A stretch of 64,000 nt of DNA, taken from contig CANRBV010000002.1 of the NCBI GenBank assembly GCA_947628965.1, positions 16,247-80,246 on the forward strand, in the 5' to 3' direction. The notes under the pieces are model-generated. The model was not told where the DNA came from. It did not search any database and saw nothing but the letters and a program-made list of their open reading frames with translations. Below are positions 58,662-64,000 of this stretch, piece after piece. Source of the DNA: an uncultured Bacilli bacterium (GTDB lineage Bacteria; Bacillota_I; Bacilli_A; RF39; UBA660). How positions within the stretch are numbered: the first letter of the stretch is position 1; each line of letters opens with the position of its first letter. The position numbers and the translations under genes are program-made.

Positions 58662-60719
58662 TTAGGGATTATGCGTAATGATCTTATAATAGTTTTGCGA
58701 TAATTTAATTTCGATCGTTCCTTTTTGATCAGTTCTTAAAATAGTCGAATTTGCTAACGTATTTAAAACGCTTGCTTTGGGATGTCCATAGCGATTTTTT
58801 TGCCCAACGGATATAATACTGTATTTTGGAAGCATTGTATTTATAAACTCAGTACTTGAAGAAGTATCTGAACCGTGATGTCCAACCTTTAAAAAATCAA
58901 CTTTAAAATGATAATTTTTTAAAAAATCTTTTTCCACATTTTTAGAGGCGTCCCCCATCAATAAAAATGTTTGATTATAAATGTTTATTCTAGTTAGAAT
59001 ACTATTCTCATTTTCATTATCATACTCTCTTAAAAAATAAGTTTTAAAATCAAAGCATTTAGAAGAATATTTGGTTACTTGCCGATAGGTTTCAATTAAC
59101 TCTGCTTCTTTTTCCGTTAACGATCCATGGTTAATCATGACATTTTTAAAAAATATTTCTTTCCCAATTGCACTTGCATAACCAATATGATCCATATCTC
59201 CATGGGTAATCAATAATAAATCTATTTTTCTTATTCGAAGACTTTTCAAAAAAAGAATTATATTGTCACTTAATTTAAATTCTTTATTTTGAACTTGATA
59301 ATCTTTTTTAGGATATGAAGTATTTCCCCCTGTATCAATTAGAATTACTTCTTTATTTTTTGGAGCTACAAATAATGTAGCATCCCCTTGCCCAACATCT
59401 AAAAAATAGACAGAATAACTTCTTTCTAATAAATTTTTATTATATAAAAAAATAAAAAAAAGAATGAAAAAAACAAATAAGCGTTTTAAATGAAATTTAA
59501 AACCTAATACTAAAAAAACATAGAGTAGTAAAACTTCCCATAATTGTATTTTTCCGATTATAATAGGACAAGCAAATGTTTGAAAAAAAGTGTTTAAATA
59601 TCCTAAAATCCCAATACTTATTTGAAATAATGGTAAAAAAATAGGTATAAAAAAGGATAAAAAAGCAAGTGGAAAAACAATAGCGCTAATAAAAGGAACT
59701 AAAAGAATATTAGCCAAGATAGAAAATAAATTTACTTCATAACTTATATATATGGTAATAGGCATACTAAATAAAAAAGTAATTAGACTTATTAAAATAA
59801 TTTTTTTAAATTTATTTTGTTTTTTTAATAAATCGCTGGTATAGATAAGAGAAAACGTAATGGTAAAGGTATACCAAAATCCAATATTATAGATATAAAA
59901 AGGATTATAAAGTAAAAGAAAAAAGGCTGTTAAAAATAAAATTTTTATTGGTGATAAATTAAATTGTCCTCTTTTGTTTATCTTTGTGAAACCCAAAAAT
60001 AAAATAGCTCGTATAAATGAAATAGAAAATCCCGTCACAAATAAGTAAAAAAATAGAAACAAAAAAATAATGATTGTTTTATATTTTAATTTTTTTAATA
60101 TTTTATTTAAAAAAAGATAAATAAAAGATAAATGCATTCCTGATAATGCAAATAAATGACCAACACCATTATTCATAATTTGATCATATTCTTTAGAATC
60201 AATAAAAGTCTTATCTCCAAGGATGAAAGCTCTTAAATAGGCATTATTGCCCAGTTTTTTTAATCGTTCATCTATTTTATTTTTTATTTGGTTTGCAAAA
60301 GAAATTGGAATATTTTGAATTTTTATTTTTGAAGCGGAAAAGCAATAATAAATTCTTTCATGATACAAATATTTTTTATAATCAAAAGTATTAGGAATGG
60401 TTGGATTCTTAATTTCTTGTTTTTCTCCGTACAATGTAATGGTAAGACCAATTTTTAAATTTTTTTCTAAATCTATTTTTTCCTCTTCACTTTTTAAATA
60501 ATAAGTAGCTCTAATTTTTTCTTTATTTTTAACAAGCAACCGAACTTTATCTCCATCAATAGAATAAGATAAAATTTTAGCAGTGATCTTTTGGGTTTCA
60601 TCGGGAATATGTGTTTTATAAGTAATAATTTGGGTAAAAAATAAAACATAGAAAAAAACAAAAGAAAAAAAACAGAAATAAAAGCTATTCGACTGTAATA
60701 GAATCTTTAATTTTTTCAT
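58662..60719 (-). CDS. comEC: DNA internalization competence protein ComEC/Rec2
   Basis: Polytopic competence domain plus C-terminal metallo-beta-lactamase motif (YFLDVGQGDATLF...ITHGDMDHIG). The start is uncertain. ATG 60717-60719 overlaps the comEA 3' end by 35 nt. Confidence 0.8.
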   Translation of the reverse strand: MKKLKILLQSNSFYFCFFSFVFFYVLFFTQIITYKTHIPDETQKITAKILSYSIDGDKVRLLVKNKEKIRATYYLKSEEEKIDLEKNLKIGLTITLYGEKQEIKNPTIPNTFDYKKYLYHERIYYCFSASKIKIQNIPISFANQIKNKIDERLKKLGNNAYLRAFILGDKTFIDSKEYDQIMNNGVGHLFALSGMHLSFIYLFLNKILKKLKYKTIIIFLFLFFYLFVTGFSISFIRAILFLGFTKINKRGQFNLSPIKILFLTAFFLLLYNPFYIYNIGFWYTFTITFSLIYTSDLLKKQNKFKKIILISLITFLFSMPITIYISYEVNLFSILANILLVPFISAIVFPLAFLSFFIPIFLPLFQISIGILGYLNTFFQTFACPIIIGKIQLWEVLLLYVFLVLGFKFHLKRLFVFFILFFIFLYNKNLLERSYSVYFLDVGQGDATLFVAPKNKEVILIDTGGNTSYPKKDYQVQNKEFKLSDNIILFLKSLRIRKIDLLLITHGDMDHIGYASAIGKEIFFKNVMINHGSLTEKEAELIETYRQVTKYSSKCFDFKTYFLREYDNENENSILTRINIYNQTFLLMGDASKNVEKDFLKNYHFKVDFLKVGHHGSDTSSSTEFINTMLPKYSIISVGQKNRYGHPKASVLNTLANSTILRTDQKGTIEIKLSQNYYKIITHNP

Positions 60720-61356
60720 AGATAGCTTCTCCAATTCCTGACACATTTTTAATTTCAGATATGTCTTTAAATGGTGTTTTAGTTCGATACTCAATTATAT
60801 TGAGTGCTTTTGCTTCTCCAATTCCCGACAATGTCATTAATTCTTCCTTTGTAGCGGTATTTAAAGAAATTTTTTTATTCGTTACTATAGAAGATGGATT
60901 GCTATTTAAGGATGTAGTTTTATTTGCAGAAGTACTGGTTTTATTAGATACGGTTGTCTTTGTAGAGGAAGCAATTGTACTATTTAACTTTTTTACTTCA
61001 CTTTTAGATAAAATAACAATCATATCTTCATCATTAAGTTTTTTACTTAAGTTAATATTATCTGTTGTGCCCTCGCTTTTAAGACCACCTGCTAATTTTA
61101 TTAAATCGTTAATAATTGTGCCCTCTTCTACTTCATAAACTCCTGGATTCTTTACATAGCCTTTAAGATCTACTTTTATTTTAGGGGATTCTGTATTATC
61201 TTCCGTAGTAGATGCTTCTAAACAAGGTTCACAAGGTATTATTGGTTCTTTTTCATTAAAAAGAAAATACAAAGTAAAAAGATTGGTTATAAAAAGAAAA
61301 ACAATTACAACAAAATAGACTAATTTTCCTTGTAGACACTTTTCTAAAAAAAACAT
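60685..61356 (-). CDS. comEA: competence protein ComEA (DNA receptor; SLBB plus tandem HhH)
   Basis: N-terminal TM, then VDLKGYVKNPGVYEV and LSGIGEAKALNIIEYR...VSGIGEAIYEKIK. Confidence 0.8.
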   Translation of the reverse strand: MFFLEKCLQGKLVYFVVIVFLFITNLFTLYFLFNEKEPIIPCEPCLEASTTEDNTESPKIKVDLKGYVKNPGVYEVEEGTIINDLIKLAGGLKSEGTTDNINLSKKLNDEDMIVILSKSEVKKLNSTIASSTKTTVSNKTSTSANKTTSLNSNPSSIVTNKKISLNTATKEELMTLSGIGEAKALNIIEYRTKTPFKDISEIKNVSGIGEAIYEKIKDSITVE

Positions 61357-61363
61357 AAAATTA

Positions 61364-61413
61364 TCACCTCCTACTTTTATATATACACCATAAATTTGTA
61401 ATTTCCTTTTTTT
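61364..61413 (-). promoter_or_regulatory. conserved 50-bp promoter/operator-like element, copy B, upstream of comEA
   Basis: 46/50 identical to 52731-52780; ends 7 nt before the comEA ATG and includes AGGAGGTGA. Confidence 0.4.
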
Positions 61414-61473
61414 ATATTTAATTAATGCAAAAAAAAAGATAATTTTTATAATAAAATTATCTTCTTTTCGTTT

Positions 61474-62634
61474 TTATAACTGAGCCATTTCTCTTTTAAT
61501 TAAGTTTTCTTTATTTTCGATTGCAACTTCTTCTACAACAAAAAGCATCAATATCAGATTTAAAGTATAACTACCTCCATACGTTAAGAATGGAATAGGA
61601 ACTCCCGTTAAAGGTATAAGTGCAAGTACACCCATTAAATTTATAATTAAATGTAATAAAATATAGGAAAAAGTCCCATAACATAAAACCATATTTCTAA
61701 TATTCCCCCGTGCATTTTTGCCTATTTTTAAAATACGATATAAAAGGATAATATATCCTATTAATACAACAATACCTACAATTGCTCCTAACTCTTCTAC
61801 TAATATTGGAAAAATAAAATCAGTATGAGCTTCGGGTAAATACAAATATTTTTGAGTAGAATTTCCCAGTCCTACCCCAAACAATCCACCATTATGAATG
61901 GCAATAAAACCATTGCACACCTGATATCCTGTATCTTCAGAATATCTTGAACAAGGATTTTTATACTGTAAACGAGAAAGTTGTTTTTCATTTAAAATAC
62001 CTGTTCCAAATATCATTAAAGCTATACTAGCAAGAACAACTAATACTCCCATCGTTATAAATAATTTTAACTGATTTTTTTTATCAAAGGGAATCGTCAT
62101 AAAAGTTAAAAAAGCTATACCCGCAATAATAATTGCACCACCTAAATCGGGTTGCATCGCAACAAGAACAAACATAATTCCTGCTAAAGCTAGTGGAATT
62201 AAATTATAATATAAATTCGTATTCTTCTTTTTCATACTATGGTCATAAAAAACAGCCATAAAGAAGATTAAAATCGTTTTGGCAAATTCCGATGGTTGAA
62301 GATTAAAAAATTTTAAATCATACCAACTTTGAGCATGATTTGTAATAATGCCTTTAAAAAATAAACCAACCAATGCTCCAATGATCCCTACAACCATAAA
62401 GGGAGTAAAAAACTCATACATCTTTGTTTTATGCCGTAGAATAAAAAATAATCCAATTATAAAAGCACCGACAACAACGATTAATTGACGAATAAAAAAA
62501 TGATAAGTAGAAAATTTATAACGCAAAACAGCTGAAACAGAAGAGGCACTCAAAATCATAATAAGCCCAAGAATAGTAAAAATTATCATTAAAACAAACA
62601 AAGGAATGTCAATTTTAGCAAAGCGTTTTCTCAT
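61474..62634 (-). CDS. FtsW/RodA/SpoVE-family peptidoglycan glycosyltransferase
   Basis: 386-aa polytopic SEDS-family protein. Confidence 0.8.
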   Translation of the reverse strand: MRKRFAKIDIPLFVLMIIFTILGLIMILSASSVSAVLRYKFSTYHFFIRQLIVVVGAFIIGLFFILRHKTKMYEFFTPFMVVGIIGALVGLFFKGIITNHAQSWYDLKFFNLQPSEFAKTILIFFMAVFYDHSMKKKNTNLYYNLIPLALAGIMFVLVAMQPDLGGAIIIAGIAFLTFMTIPFDKKNQLKLFITMGVLVVLASIALMIFGTGILNEKQLSRLQYKNPCSRYSEDTGYQVCNGFIAIHNGGLFGVGLGNSTQKYLYLPEAHTDFIFPILVEELGAIVGIVVLIGYIILLYRILKIGKNARGNIRNMVLCYGTFSYILLHLIINLMGVLALIPLTGVPIPFLTYGGSYTLNLILMLFVVEEVAIENKENLIKREMAQL

Positions 62635-62780
62635 TTCTGTTCGTCACCTATTATTATAATATCATATTTTTTCTTATTTTTTAGAAAAATATAAAAAACT
62701 AGACACATCTAGGTATTTTTAAGTAGCAAAATTTAGAAAATAAAATAAACTATATTAGATACATAAAGGAGGTATAATGT

Positions 62781-62978
62781 ATGTATTATTACGGAAATAA
62801 CGGCTACTATAATGCTGGTTATGGTAGCGGATATGGTGCTCCTTGTTGTTCTAATACTGGCTATGCTGGATATACTTCTGGTTACGGTATCGGAGGCGCT
62901 ATATGGATTGTCCTATTTATTCTTCTTATCATCATTATTGGTGCTGGATGGAATTGGGGCAACAATTATAACAACTAG
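62781..62978 (+). CDS. YjcZ-like small Gly/Tyr-rich protein with C-terminal hydrophobic segment
   Basis: AAGGAGG RBS 8 nt upstream; MYYYGNNGYYNAGYGSGYGAPCCSN...WIVLFILLIIIIGAGW resembles the Bacillus YjcZ family. Confidence 0.45.
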   Translation: MYYYGNNGYYNAGYGSGYGAPCCSNTGYAGYTSGYGIGGAIWIVLFILLIIIIGAGWNWGNNYNN

Positions 62979-63042
62979 GAAGTTTTATCTTCCTTTTTTT
63001 GTGATTTCTTGATACAATAAGGTTCGAAAGAAAGGGATTAAT

Positions 63043-63594
63043 ATGAAGTTGCCCGAAATAAAAATATTAGATGAAAAAGATAAAAGACTTCATGAACCAA
63101 GTCAAGAAATTTCTTTTCCTTTAAAAAAAGAAGATAAAAAAAATATAAAAGACATGCTTTTATATTTAAAAATGAGTCAAATAGATGAATATCGTGAGCA
63201 ATATAATTTACGCGCTGGAATGGGACTTTCTTATATCCAAATTGGTATACCTAAAAGAATATTTGTTGTAGTTGATGAAGTGGAAGAAAATGTATTTGAA
63301 GACTATGTACTAATTAATCCCAAAATAATCAGCAATAGCGAAGAACTAATATATGTTGGTGAGGGAGAAGGATGTTTAAGTATAAATCGCGAAGTGGAAG
63401 GAATTGTACCAAGATACGCAAGAATTACCGTAGAAGCTTACGATGTAGAGGGAAATTTATTTACAATACGAGTTCGTGAAGAACTAGCTGTTGCTTTTCA
63501 ACATGAAATAGATCATCTAAATGGCATTTTATTTGTAGATAAAATTGATTCTCAAAATCCATATAAAAATGCCGATAAAATGAGAGAAATTTAA
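63043..63594 (+). CDS. def: peptide deformylase
   Basis: GxGxAAxQ-like GMGLSYIQIG, EGCLS and QHEIDHLNG motifs. Confidence 0.9.
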   Translation: MKLPEIKILDEKDKRLHEPSQEISFPLKKEDKKNIKDMLLYLKMSQIDEYREQYNLRAGMGLSYIQIGIPKRIFVVVDEVEENVFEDYVLINPKIISNSEELIYVGEGEGCLSINREVEGIVPRYARITVEAYDVEGNLFTIRVREELAVAFQHEIDHLNGILFVDKIDSQNPYKNADKMREI

Positions 63595-63595
63595 A

Positions 63596-63620
63596 AAATC
63601 CCAAAAGGATTTTTTATTTT
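63596..63620. terminator. bidirectional terminator between def and smc
   Basis: AAATCC-caaaa-GGATTT stem with flanking T/A-runs. Confidence 0.5.
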
Positions 63621-64000
63621 TTAAGATACATTTTCTAATTTTACACTTACTATTTTTGACACTCCTGATTCTTGCATCGTTATTCCATATAAATTATCTG
63701 CATATTCCATTGTTCTTTTTTTATGAGTAATCAAAATAAATTGACTATTTTCTTTGTATTCTTGTAAATATTTTCCAAAAGCATCGACATTGGCCTCATC
63801 TAAAGCAGCTTCCACTTCATCCAATACACAAAAAGGAATCGTTTTTACATTTAAAACCGCAAATAATAAGGAAATGGCTGTTAAAGTTTTTTCTCCTCCA
63901 CTTAAAAGACCAATTGAATTTAATTTTTTTCCAGGAGGTTCAGCAATAATATCAACTCCAGTTTCTAAAATATTTTCAGGATCCGTTAGTTTTAATAATC
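63621..64000 (-). CDS. smc: chromosome segregation protein SMC, C-terminal ABC signature region; the 5' part lies beyond the window
   Basis: LSGGEKTLTAISLLFAV...VLDEVEAALDEANV...ILITH, the SMC C-terminal head motifs. The frame is open to the window end. Confidence 0.8.
   Translation of the reverse strand, partial: LLKLTDPENILETGVDIIAEPPGKKLNSIGLLSGGEKTLTAISLLFAVLNVKTIPFCVLDEVEAALDEANVDAFGKYLQEYKENSQFILITHKKRTMEYADNLYGITMQESGVSKIVSVKLENVS

Overview
This 64-kb window is a low-GC (roughly 28-30%) Firmicutes-type chromosomal segment. The gene content looks like Erysipelotrichia or a related Bacilli lineage, but that is an inference, and almost all genes sit on the minus strand. The housekeeping backbone is: a hisS-asnS-aspS tRNA-ligase operon behind a T-box leader; murE; relA-dtd; a comN-like gene, a spoVB-like flippase and a DUF421 gene; tgt-queA; ruvAB; obg; rplS-trmD-rimM; der; holA; comEC-comEA; an ftsW/rodA-family gene; def; and the 3' end of smc. 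I found no rRNA or tRNA genes, no CRISPR array and no transposase or integrase. Three accessory modules stand out. (1) A Tad/Flp-type pilus locus (flp, tadE, tadF, tadZ, tadA, tadB, tadC). It is preceded by a 539-aa protein built from about 16 near-identical 28-aa (84-bp) tandem repeats and by a VanY carboxypeptidase. It is followed by a divergent SigA-like sigma factor with long terminal extensions. (2) An AT-rich island with an ECF sigma/anti-sigma pair and two paralogous secreted proteins. It also holds a lipoprotein, a 767-aa triple peptidoglycan-binding plus DUF1906 hydrolase-like protein with no signal peptide, and a membrane-anchored XRE regulator. (3) A peptide-export module. A C39-peptidase ABC transporter is followed by two small double-glycine-leader peptide genes that fall below the ORF-track size cutoff; these are candidates for a two-peptide class IIb bacteriocin. 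Upstream of this operon is a stack of small divergent XRE regulators. The operon's promoter-proximal 50 bp is 46/50 identical to the region upstream of comEA-comEC, which suggests competence-coupled peptide export or fratricide. A ComGC-like type IV pilin and a pilin-like FGE-sulfatase-domain protein are also present.
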